From assembly GCA_043228905.1 (NCBI GenBank), contig JBHGNT010000009.1, positions 18,290,001-18,354,000 of the forward strand: DNA of 64,000 bases. Reading direction: 5' to 3'. The notes beneath the pieces are model-generated. The model was not told the DNA's origin and ran no database searches. It worked only from the letters and a program-made list of their open reading frames with translations. This document shows, in pieces, positions 38,795 to 51,038 of this stretch. This DNA is from Azolla caroliniana. Lineage: Eukaryota > Plantae > Polypodiophyta. The position numbers were made by a program, and so were the translations under genes. Position 1 is the first letter of the stretch; each line of letters begins with the position of its first letter.

Positions 38795-39895
38795 GGGGGA
38801 GATAGTGTCATGATATGGCAAGACTCGAACCCATGGCCTTATGCTACATGGGTCAAGCTCTTACCATTAGACTATGAATTGTAATTTGTAGGATATTATT
38901 TTTATTTATACTTTATCATAGAAAATTGATGTATATTCCAGATCTCTCTGGAACATTCTAGAAGCTTCAGGATTATTCCTAAAAACACTATAAAAGGAGG
39001 CACAAGGCATTGTTTTGAACCAAATTGGTTCAACACCAGTCTTAAGCCTCTTAGCCGATTTGTACTTATCTTTCATATAATATAAGAGTTGCTGTCATCA
39101 TCCTATCTCTCTCTCTCCTCTTCTCACTTCCTCTCTCTCGGGAATCTTACGCAGTCCCGTCCTCTTAGTACTAATAGTACTACTCTTCTTAGTACTAATT
39201 CCATCATTGCTTTAGTACTATTCCTGACAGCACCATCTCACAGTCATTGATGTGGTTCACGACGAACCTTCGACATCCGTCCGGCCCGACAGTCTCATCC
39301 ACATCTTCCACCAGACACCCCTTTATCGGGATGTCGTCCAAGAATGGCATGGTGATGTCCGGGATGCAGTCCCTCAGCACTTTGTTCATTGCGTTCACCA
39401 TATGCACCACCGAGTTCGTCCCGCCTTGCAGTAGGGTACACATCCGTACTAGGCCAAGAGGGGTTTGCATCGTTGTGATATCCCTGCTCTCCACGGCTAG
39501 CTAGAACTTGTCGTACCGCGAGTATAAGTCACCAACCGAATAGATCGACCTCCCAACGAAGGCCTCCGCGAACTCGTCTATGGTCGGTCTGATTCTTGCA
39601 TTATAGATGGTCACCCTGTTGACCGGTTGCAGGTCCTGGATGAAGCGAAGTGTACCGTTCTTCTTCGACACCGTAAACCACCGATTTGAATACGGGGCAC
39701 TCGACAGTTCAAGGATGCCCATCTCCACCTTTTGTTTCAGAAGCTCCATCAACTTCGGGATGTGAGCTCTCGGCATCGGAATCGGTTTGAGATTCCACGG
39801 TACATGCGGTACCGTGAAGATCACCATCGGTTCGATGATCGTCGGGTCTACGCACCCGATCTCCTTCGGCGAGAACGCGAAGGCTTTCCCATGCC

Positions 39896-40490
39896 GCACG
39901 CTCCCTATACGCAACGCTCGGCCACAACCGAGCTTAGAATCATACACAGAAAACGGGAAATAGATGTACGACACAAAGAAGAGAAGAGTACACAGGATGT
40001 TTACGTGGAAAACCCAAACTAAAGGGAAAAACCACGGCAGCCCACAAGCTGCAAACTATCACTATGTTAAAATGTACAACTGTGAGTTCACGGAGGCAAT
40101 GACCTCGTGCTCACGATCCTCGCCACAGGCGGCGGTTACAACAGAGGCGACGACCTCTTTCTCTCTCTCTCTCTCTCTCTGTACACAGTTACACGCTCTC
40201 TCTCTCCTTTTTGCACCAACGAGAATGACAACAACTATATATAAAAGTTTGCCCTAAGTCATATTTATACTAATATGACTTTTCGGCTATTTACAAATAT
40301 AGCCTCGATGGACTCTCAGAAACATATTTACAGATATGTCTCTTCATCCGGTTTCAACATTCCTCACCGGGTCTGCACCATCCGGCTCTCCGTAGCCGGG
40401 TACTCCTCATCCGGTTTCGGCCTCGGCCGAGTTTGTTCATCGGCACTGTTCTTCTCTCTCTTCCCATCCGGAGGGACCTGTCTCCCAACA
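39896..40490 (-). mobile_element. Truncated copia-type LTR fragment
   Basis: Ends ...CTCCCAACA at 40490 and contains TTTACGTGGAAAACCC...GGGAAAAACCACGG, typical of copia LTRs. The left end is missing. Confidence 0.65.
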
Positions 40491-41001
40491 GGTCCGATTC
40501 CTGCATTACGGATGGTCACCCTGTTGACCGGTTGCAGGTCCTGAATGAAGCGAAGTGTACCGTTCTTCTTCGGCACCGTAAACCACCGATTTGAATACGG
40601 GGCACTCGACAGTTCGAGGATGCCCATCTCCACCTTTTGTTTCAGAAGCTCCATCAACTTCGGGATGTGAGCTCTCGGCACCAGAATCGGTTTGAGATTC
40701 CACGGTACATGCGGTACCGTGAAGATCACCATCGGTTCGACGATCGTCGGGTCTACGCACCCGATCTCCTCTGGCGAGAACGCGAAGGCTTTCCCATGCC
40801 TTCCGAGCATTCTCCGAAACCTGTTCTCCTCCGTCGGCAATAGAAAGCCACCCCCACCGACCTTGAGCTCCCATAGCGTTATGTCGGTGAACAGGTGCCC
40901 TATGCTAGCCGGACTCCGTAAACTTGGGTCCGACGCGACCCCCTTTATCCGCTCCTTGCTGCCCTCCGGCAAGGGTGCCGCGACTGGCCTTACCTTCCAG
41001 T

Positions 41002-44000
41002 GTATGGACAAAAGCCGATCATGCTGGTGGAACGGATGGTTTCTTCATGGGCGGCGGTAGATTGGAAGGATGAAATGAGCCGGGAGGAGTTGCTGGCGGT
41101 GCGGATTCGGCAACTCGAGCGGAGGCCAGAGGACGTGAAACGGGTGAAGGAAAAGTTGCGAGTGGCAAGGGAGCGGAACAAGACCCGATTCAACCGGACG
41201 CACCGGTTGTGACCAAAGAAGATCGACGAAGGCGACTGGGTCCTGGTATATGACAGCAGCCTCGAAAATCAGCACAAGTTGGTGCGAAAGTTCGTTAGGA
41301 GATGGTTCAGGCCCTACACGGTGACGAGCGCGAACAACAATGGCACATACCACCTCGCGGAACTCGACGGGACACGGTTAGCGGTGCCGGTGGCCGGGAA
41401 GCAGATCAAAGCGTTCAAGAAGCGGTTCGAAGACGAGCCAGAGCCTACGAGCAGGAGCGACAACAACGATCAGTTTGGGCCCGGCGGAGAATCGGAGAAC
41501 AACGAGTGAAGCCGGTTTTCTTGGATATCTACCCGTCTCTGGCGCATGCCGGTGGATGCGCGGTTTGGTGGGGGTGGATGTCGTGAAGAAAATCGGGCAT
41601 AGGAGGAATCAGAGAAAAAGGCGCATGAACCGGCTCTTACATGGATGGGCACATGAATTGATATTTTGATATTTTGTACATGATTCATAAATGGATCGAC
41701 TGATGTAAATACTAAGTAGTACACATTTATTAGGGATTGTGCGTATCTCTGTCAGAAGGGACAGGGAATAAAGAGATTTGACTAGGGAGAAAGGGCACCC
41801 CCTTTTGAGAACTATTTAAGGAGAGGAGAGAGGGGAGAAAAAGGGGATCGCGTGTTGGGGAGGACGAAGTGTTGCTCCAGAACCGAGTGCCGAGCTCTCT
41901 CTCCTCTGATCATCGTTTTCTGCGGGTGTCGGGAGTTCCGCGGTGCCTAGCCCAGGGACTCTCGTGAAATGCCGCCAGTAGTTCCTCCTGTTCTTCTTTC
42001 TTTGTCACTACTCGGAGCAGGATGCTGTTTCTCTTCTTTGGGTGCCTCCATATGCACTTGTCCCGCAGGAAGAATCGGTACGCCTTCTTCCGTACCCGGC
42101 TCGCCTCTTCTCTCGTCCATGCTGCGTCCGGCGTCATCATCCGTAGGAACCTCCCGATTTGGAGCCACTCCCCGTCGTACCTGCTTTCGTCAAACTCGTT
42201 AAGCGCCGGAGTGTCCCCCCAGTGTCCCTTTCCCTCGTCGCTAGGTTAGCCGACCCGAAGAAGTCCTCGCCGACTTCTTCGTCATCTGAAACCATGCCGT
42301 CTTCGTCGTTGAACCTTGCTCTTGAAAGCATGTCGGCCATGGCGTTATCCTTTTCGGAGATGTGCCGTATCTCCGGGTTCAGGGACTTAATGTACGCTAT
42401 CCACTAGAGCATTGCTAGGTCCGACGTCGGGCATCCGGAAACCATGCCTAGTATCGGCAGGCAGTTCGTCTCGATGATCACCTCCGTCTCGATCAGATAG
42501 TCCTTGTCGGCCTTGACTGCCGAAACGATACCCCAAAGCTCGCGCTTAACTTGGGCGTATCCTCGCTGCCGTTCGCTCAATACCTTTGCCCCGAACCGGA
42601 TCGGGAATCGTATGCCATCCTTGTCCTCCTGACTGATTACCCACCCGATCCCGGTCGGGCTCGTGTCCACCGTTATGCAGATGGGAACACCCTCGCCGTA
42701 AACCGCTTTACGGAGGGCCAATGCTTCCGTAAGCGCCTCCTTTAGTCTCCGAACCGACTCCGTGTGTTCCGTCCTCCACTCAAACCCACGCCCTTTCTTC
42801 AATAGCCCATAGAGAGGCTCCGCAACATGCGCGTAGTGCGGAATCCAGATGTGGTAGAACGTGCATGCTCCCAAGAATTTGCGGACCTCCGTGACAGACC
42901 CGCAATCGTCCCTCATCGCCGAGATGGCCTCCATCTTTGCCGGAGACAGTTTCCTACCGTAGGGCCGCATAGGTGTCCGACCACGAAGATCTCCAACTGC
43001 CTGAATGCCGATTTTTCTCTGGAGAAGGTGAGTCGTGCGTTTTCGAGCTTCTGCAGCACCTTCTCGCAGTCGTTGATGTGATTCATGAAGAACCTCCTGC
43101 ATCCGTCTGGCCCGACAGTCTCGTCCGCATCTTCCACCAAACACCCCTTTATCGGGATGTCGTCTAAGAATGGCATGGTGATGTCCGGGATGCAGTCCCA
43201 GAGCACCTTGTTCATTGCGTTCACCATATGCGCCACTGAATTCGTCCCGCCTTGTGGTAGGGTACACATCCGTACTAGGCCGAGAGGGGTTCGCATCGTC
43301 GCGATATCCCTGCTCTCGACTGCTAGCTGGAACTGGTCGTACCCCGAGTATAAGTCACCGACCGAATAGATCGACCTTCCAACGAAGGCCTCCGCGAACT
43401 CGTCTATGATCGGTCCGATTCCTGCGTTACGGATGGTCACCTTGTTGACCGGTTGTAGGTCCTGAATGAAGCGCAACGTGCCGTTCTTCTTTGGCACCGT
43501 AAACCACCGGTTCGAATACGGGGTACTTGACGGTTCGAGGATGCCCATCTCCACCTTTAGCTTCAGAAGGTCCATGAACTTCGGGATGTGAACCCTCGGC
43601 ACCGGAATCGGTTTGAGATTCCACGGTACATGCGGTACCGTGAAGATCACCATCGGTTCAACGATCGTCGGGTCCATGCACCCGATCTCCTCCGACGAGA
43701 ACGGGAAGGCTTTCCCATGCCTTCCGAGCATTCTCCGAAACCTGTCCTCCTCCGCCGGCAGTAGAAAGCCACCCCCACCGACCTTGAACTCTCGTAGCGT
43801 TATGTTGGTGAACCGGTGCCCTATGCCAGCTGGATTCCGTAAACTTGGGTCCGACGCGACCCCTTTTATCCGCTCCTCGCTGCCCTCCGGCAAGGGTGCC
43901 GCAACTGGCCTCACCTTTCAGTCCACAGTCTTGTACTTTGTGTCCATGCGGGCCGTCCGATCCGACCTGATCCTTTCCCCGAAGTCCGCGATGACTTCGT

Positions 44001-47000
44001 ACATTCCCATCGATCCTACCGGAACGATCCAATCTTCTCTAAGGTCTTCACCGATCACCTTTCGCAACTTGCCCAAGGTGTCGTCAAAAGAGACCGCCTC
44101 CACGGCGCCGCTGATCTCTTCGTCGGGGGAGAGGACTCCGCATCCCCTGAGCCGCTCCTCTGCTCGCTTCCTTTCCCGGCCGCTGACGTTGGCTATAGTA
44201 CAACCTCCGTTTTCGGAAAACCAAAACTTCCTACCTACTATACATGTGTGGGGTTTTTCCGGTACGTCCGGACTACCGCGGCCCCACGCCTTGATAGCCC
44301 TCTCTAAAATTCCCCTCGGCTATCGCCGCCAAGGGTCTCGTGATTCCTCTCATGGTTTGGACGTACGGTCATGAATTGGACGGAATGCCGACCGTCCTGG
44401 CTCTTGACGCGCGCGTACGCCGAACCGTTGTTTATGGGTGGGTAGGCTGTAGGGCGTGCCATGTGTTTATGGGTGGGGGGTGGAGCCAAGATCGGTTCCA
44501 CCCCCCTCCCAAGGGGGTTCGAGTGTGAGAGGAGAGAGGGAGAGATGAGATGCATAGAGAGAACAAATGAGAGAGAGAGAGAGAGAGAGAGAATCAAGAC
44601 AGACACAGTTTGTGGGTAACTTCAATATTCCCTATTTTCATGCCCCATGAGTGAGGATTTATATAAGATCTTTACAAAAAGCCGAATGGACGTAGGTACA
44701 CCTACTTACCTCACCTAACACTCACACATTCACATTTCATATTCCACATTACACTTAACCCTCCCGTAGACCTATACGGGTAACAACCGTTGTCTAGCAC
44801 CTTCGTCTCCATGCATGTTGCCGTAATGTATGGTTCGCCGAGAATCACCGGGTGCGAGGATGTTTCCTGCACGAAGAAATGTTGATCTATCTCGACGTTA
44901 CTGACCTTTATGCGTATATTTGGGCACGCACCATGCAGCTCCTCCGTAGCACGCGTCGCTGCGCGTATCTTCCACCCATGCTTGGTGTTGATCGGCCATT
45001 TACCCCTCTTGTAGAAATCCATGGACATCAGGTTGATTTTGGACCCATGGTCTACCAAGGCCACCACCGGTTCCAGAACATCGCCGATCCGCACAAGGGT
45101 CTCCGTAGTTGCCCTGGCCTAATGCGGCTTCGCGTAGTGGCTTTCCGCCAACTCGTCCTCTAGGGCCGTGTCTTCTAAGCGCGTAGTCCGCACCTCCACT
45201 GGCTTCTCCGGTTCTGGCTCCGTCGAGAGCCTCTTCCGCTTCACCAAGTCTACGATGCAGTCGTGGAACTCCCTTTTGGCGATTCCCAGCACCTCCTGCA
45301 ACGACAACTCCACTTTACTGTCGAGGATCCGCTCTTCAAGGACCTTCCGTAGGTCCGTTGCTCTCTCGATTTCGGTGCTCAACCTAAACCCCGCCTGCTT
45401 CTTCCCGTCCGGCGCGCCTGGGTTGCCGGCACCGGTCGGTTTCGGTCCGAACCGGGTCTCATACCTCTGCGGGGGACCCACCCCCCTGGCCTTTCCTGCC
45501 CGTTTGTCTTCCACCAAAACCTCGTAGTTTTGGCAAGCGGCTTCTACGAAGCCCGTTTTCTCTTCGATCGGATCGTCCCATCTGGTGACCTCTTGGACCC
45601 GCTATTCCGCGCGGTCCGCCTCTTCCTTCTTCAACCGAACTCCGGAGAAGCCTTCTAACACTAGCGGCTAGAATCCGGAGTCCTTCACCTTTCAGGACTC
45701 GTCACCCCCGACCTGAATTCCCGCCGACACTGAGTAGGTAATGACTTCTACATGCCGTGCTGCAGCCTCTTCCATCAACCTCTTCATTCCGTTGCGCCCC
45801 GTATTCAGTTCTACGGCTCTCCGGGTCTCACTCGTGTGCACCCGCCCGTTCTAGAGGTACACCACGTTGGCCCTGAGTGTGTCAGCGAAATCCGCGCAAT
45901 CCTTTCGAATGTGACCGATTGCGTCACACCACATGCACCGCTGCCCAGCCGTCGGCCTCTGGTCGCGAGGTTGTTCGCCGCTGTCTCTCCAAGCCTGTGC
46001 GAACTACATGTTGCGCACCATCTGTGTCAGCTCCTCCAGAGCCGCTCCTCCGGATGGGCCTCTGACCGCGTCTTTCGATGCCGACCCTGACTCTAGCCAG
46101 ATTCGGGTCTCATCCTTCCTACCGGCCGACACCGATATTGGCTCCTCGAGCCTCCTTGCCGGGACCGGCTCTGACCCCGACGAGCCTCCGTCGCTCCAAC
46201 CGCGCCGTTTGTCGAAACGGCTGCAGACCCGTCTTACCACGACCCAGTTTGCCGTGAGCCCTTCGTCCGTTTCCAATAGGGGACCCACCTTTTCCCTGTT
46301 GAGTGTGTCCACCGACTTGACAAACAGTAGTACTCGACTCATTTCGAGCACGGTCCAGTCCAGCGTCGATAGCTGCGCGAACCATTTTTCGAACTCCTGG
46401 AGGAGCGCCGACGTGTTCCTCCCTTTTCCGGGGCTTTCCACCCACGCCATGAAGTCCTGCCTCGACAACCAAAGCAAGTCATCAAACCCGTACTTCTCGA
46501 GGAGCTGCAGCTCGAACTTCTCCCAAGTCTGGCATCCGGCCAGCACCTCGAGCACCTCCGCGTGGATGCTCGGCGTCACCACCCGAGGGAATCCGGACAA
46601 CTACCTGTCCACCGGGATATCCCTCATGATCATTTCGGCCCGGTAAGCCTCCAAATAACTTGTGGCGTCTTTCCCTCCGAACCGGCCTATAGTGCCGACG
46701 ATCGAGTCAACGGCTCTGTCGAGGGTACCCATCCCCTCACGAGCGCTTACCAGCCGGTCGACGGCTACCGCCATTGCCTCCGCTATCTTCGATCCCCTCA
46801 TCTTTTGACTACTTTGCCACCTTTCCACGTCGTGTTCACCAATGATGTCGTGAAGTTTCGCGTTCGCGTGTAGGAAGAGGCGGGACCACAGGGGTCTTGG
46901 ACCAAGGAGAGAGTGAGAGAGAGAGAGAGAGAAAGAGACAGAGAGATGCAAGCTCATAGGAAGAGATTAAGAGCAAGAAAGCAGGAATCCGGTTACTATA

Positions 47001-47532
47001 GTCAATAGCTTACAACTCGAACAGTTACAACTGGCAACCTTGGTAATGGACCCGACACGGGGTCCTACTCACACACATTGACGACAGCCACACGACTCGA
47101 AGAAACAAAGGGGAAAAGTGGAGAGACAGACTCTGCTGGAAGCACATGGGTTGTCCACGAAGCAGAGGCAGCGAACTCCCGACACCCGCAGAGAACGACG
47201 ATCGGAGGAGAGAGAGCTCGGCACTCGGTTCTGCAGCAGCACTTCGTCCTCCCCAACGCGCGATCCCCTTTTTCTCCCCTCTCTCCTCTCCTTAAATAGT
47301 TCTCAAAAGGGGGTGCCCTTTCTCCCTAGTCAAATCGCTTTATTCCCTGTCCCTTCTGATAGAGATACGCACAATCCCTAATAAATGTGTACTACTTAGT
47401 ATTTACATTAGCCGATCCATTTATGAATCATGTACACAATATAAAAATATCAATTCATGCGCCCATCCGTGTAAGAGCTGGTTCATGTGCCTTTTTCTCC
47501 GATTCTGCCTATGCCCGGTTTTCTTCACGACA
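41002..47532 (-). mobile_element. Element D: second fungal-like gypsy copy (B-related, different LTR) with inverted, truncated 3' end
   Basis: 5' LTR 46846-47532 and PBS TGGTGAACACGACGTG at 46841-46826. Minus-strand gag-PR-RT-RH runs down to 41939. Plus-strand INT tail, PPT and partial LTR occupy 41002-41938. Flanked by CCAGT at 40997-41001 and 47533-47537. Confidence 0.88.
44429..44785. mobile_element. Solo LTR (357 bp) inserted in the element D protease region
   Basis: TGTTT...TAACA termini, TSD ACCGT at 44424-44428 and 44786-44790. Confidence 0.9.
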
Positions 47533-50500
47533 CCAGTCCACAGTCTTGTACTTTGTACTCACGCGGGCTGTCCGATCCGACCCGATTCTTTCCCAGAAGT
47601 CCGCGATGACTTCATACATTCCCATCGAACCTACGGAACGGTCCGGTCTTCTCTAAGGTCTTCACCGATCACCTTTCGCAACTCGCCCAAGGTGTCGTCA
47701 AAAGAGACCGCCTCCACGGCACCGCTGATCTCTTCGTCGGGGGAGAGGACTCCGCATCCCCTGAGCCGCTCCTCCACTCGCTTCCTTTCCCGGCCGCTGA
47801 TGCCGGCCATAGTACAACCTCCGTTGTCGGAGAACCAAAATTTCCTACCTATGGTACAGGTCTTCCTCCGTACTGTACATTTGTGCGGTTTTTCCGGGGT
47901 GTCCGGACTATCGCGGCCCCACACCTTGATAGCCCTCTCTAAAAATCCCCTTGGGTTCGCCACTGAGGGTCTCACGGTTACGCTCATGGTTTGGTTGCAC
48001 CGTCAAGAACTGAACTGAGTGATGCCCGTCTTGGTTCTTGACTCTTGCACCGTTGTCCAGCACCTTGGTCTCCATCCGTGCCACCGTGATGTATGGTTCT
48101 CCTAGTATAACCGGATGTGAGGACGTCTCCTGCACGAAGAAGTGTTGGTCGATCTCGACATCGCCGATTTTCACCCGTACGTTCGGGCAGGCTCCATGTA
48201 GTTCTTCCGTGGCGCGCGTCGCTGCCCGTATTTTCCAGCCGTGTTTGGTGTTAATCGGCCATTTCCCCTTTTGGTAGAAGTCCATGGACATCAAGTTGAT
48301 TTCTGAACCGTGGTCCACCAATGCCACCACCGGCTCCTGGACATCCCCGACCTTAACAGGGGTCTCCGTGGTCGCTCTGGCCCAATGTGGCCTCGAATAG
48401 TGGCTCTCCGCCAACTCGTCTTCTAGCGCCATGTCCTCTATGTGCGTCGTTCGCACTTCCATCGACTTCTCCGGCTCTGGCTCCATCGACAGTCTCTTCC
48501 TCTTCACCAAGTCTACGATGGAGTCGTGGAACTCCTTCTTGGCGATCCCGAGCACTTCCCTCAGCAATAGTTCCACTTTGCTGTCGAGGATACGTTCCTC
48601 CAGGACCTTTCGTAGGTCCATGGTCCTTTCGATTTCCGTGCTGAACCGGTACTCGGCCTTCTTGGCTTTATCCGGTGCGCCGGTCGCACCGGCCTCATTC
48701 TGCCTTTGCCTGAATCGGGTCTCGTACCGTTGCGAGGGCTCAGCCCCTCCGGTTTTACCTACTCACTTGTCTTCCACCAGAGCCTCGTAGTTCTGGCATG
48801 CGGCTTCAACGAAGCCCGTCTTCTCTTCGACCGGGTCGCTCCACCCGGTTACCTCCCGGAGCCATTTTTCCGCGCGGTTCGCTTCTTCTTTCCTTAGTCG
48901 TGCGTCGGCGAGGCCTTCCAGCATCAATGGCCAAAATCCGGCTTCGTTCGTCTTCCGGCCTCACCACCTCTGACCCGGATCCCAGCCGACGCCGAGTAGT
49001 GGACGGTGTCTACGTGGTGAGCCGCCGCTTCTTCCATCAGCCGTTTCATACCCCCTCGTCCGACATTCAGGTCCAGGGCCCTTCGGGTCTCGCTAGCGTG
49101 CACCCGACCATTCCATAGGTACGCCACGTTGGCACTCATTGCCTCGGCAAAGTCCCCATAGTCCTTCCAGACGTGGCCGATCGCGTCGCACCACAAACAC
49201 CGGTTTCCAGCTAGAGGCCTTCGGTCACGGGCCTGTTCGTCGTTGTCCCTCCATGCTTGTGCAATCTGGAGGTCCTTTACCATCCTAGTTAGCTCTTCTA
49301 GAGCTGCTCCTCCGGACGAACCTTTGACCATGCCGGTCGAAGTCGATCCGGTCTCGAGCCAGGCTCGGGTCTCTTCCCTTTGCGCTGGCGGGATTGGCTC
49401 GAGTTTCCTTGCTGTTATAGAGCCCGCCCCTGTTGATCCTTTATCGACCCACTCTCGCCGTTTGTCGAAACGGCCATAGACCCTCTTCACCACGGCCCAG
49501 TCAGTCGTCAGCCCGTCATCAGTCTCCAGCAGGAGACCCACTTGCTCCCAGTCCCTCGCATCCACCGACTTAACGAACAACAAGACGCGACTTGTGTCTA
49601 GTACGGTTCGGTCGAGCGCCGAAAGTCGCGCAAAGAGTTCTTCAAACTCCCGGAGGAACACCGACGCGTTTCTCCCCTTTTCGGGGGTCTCTACCCATTC
49701 CATGAAGTCCCGTTTCGAGAGCCGAAGCGCGTCATCAAGCCCGTATTTTTCGAGGAGCCGACCTTCAAACTCTTCCCAGGTCCGACTCTCAGCTAGTACC
49801 TCGGGCAACTCCGCATGGATGCCCGGCATCGCCACCCGAGGGAATCCGGTCAGTCACCTTTCTTCCGGAATGTCTCTCATTACCATCTCGGCTCGGTAGG
49901 CCTCCAAATAGCTCGTGGCGTCCTTCCCACCGAACCGTCCTATCGTGCCGACGACCGCTTCAATAGCCCTATCGAGGGCGCCTACGCCTTCGCGCGCACT
50001 CACTATCTGATCCACAGCCGACGCCATGGCTTCAGCAAGATCTGACCCCCTCATCTTTCTATTCCTCTGCCGCCTGTTCATGTCGGGTTCACCAATGATG
50101 TCGCGTTATTACGTGCGTGCATGGAGAACGAGGCGGGACCACCGAGGTCTTGGACCAAGAAATAGCGAGGAGGAGAACAGAAAGGCAACGGACGCTCTTG
50201 CACACGCACAGACATGGGAGCACATAGGAATCACAATCCAACAACACAACAGAACGAGACGACTAGAAGTCCGGGTACCTCAACGCGTATGTACATAAAT
50301 AAATAAATATATATCAAGACGGTTACAACTAACAGGCCGGCGAGGCGAACACCGATGCCTGTTCACTCACACGCAAACAAAAGAGCGAGATGGAGACTCT
50401 GCCGGAAGCACACAAGCGTTCCACTAAGCAGAGTCAGCCTCCTGAAAACCTGCGCAAAATGGCTATGGAGAGTGGCAGAGGGGAAGAGCTCCGTCTCAGT

Positions 50501-51038
50501 CTGGCAACACTTCCTCCTCTCTAACGCACGATACCTCTCTCATCCCTCTCCCTCTCTTTTATAGCCCAAGGAGAGAGGCCGTTATCATCCGTTACATCAT
50601 ATTAATTCTCTGTCCTTTCGGACAGAGATACAACTCGATTCTCTCCCTATTGAATGTGCGTTACCTAGGATTTCACCTCAACCGACTTGTACCTACCTAC
50701 TTGCTATACAACGAAAAGTGTGCTCACGTGTTAGTGCCGGTTTACACATGCTAAACTCGTTTTCCGCCTAGGGACGGTTTTCTTCGCGACAACAAACATG
50801 GCCACGCGTCCCCCTCGGTAAGGACCCACCAACATTCCAAAGTAGACATTAGGTAGGATTAGGCATAGTTTTAGCAATTAGTTAGTTCCACCTACACCAC
50901 CTACCACCTCACCCAAATTACATCAGGTTAGAGGCATCCATTAGTCACTTTCACATTCACTTAAGTATTTAAAGGCACATGCACAACATCCAAGGCACAA
51001 CACTAACTCCCTAGGACACGTGGCCATAATATCCTATT

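Larger units (their letters stand above)
33437..39229 (+). mobile_element. Element C: Tcn1/Tf1-sushi-like chromovirus, full length
   Basis: LTRs 33437-34002 (566 bp including a 142-bp duplication) and 38806-39229 (424 bp), TGTCA...TGACA. TSD GCACC. PPT AAGGGGGAGATAG at 38793-38805. Confidence 0.96.
30473..50791 (-). mobile_element. Element B: fungal-like Ty3/gypsy LTR retrotransposon (tRNA-Trp PBS), decayed and hosting C, D and a copia LTR fragment
   Basis: LTRs 30473-31167 and 50099-50791 (TGTCGCG...CGCGACA). Minus-strand PPT at 31168-31184 and PBS TGGTGAACCCGACATG at 50094-50079. Gag/PR at 47.9-50.0 kb, RT (PFLDDIPIKG) at 39.2-41.0 kb, RH/INT at 31.3-33.4 kb. No TSD found. Confidence 0.88.
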
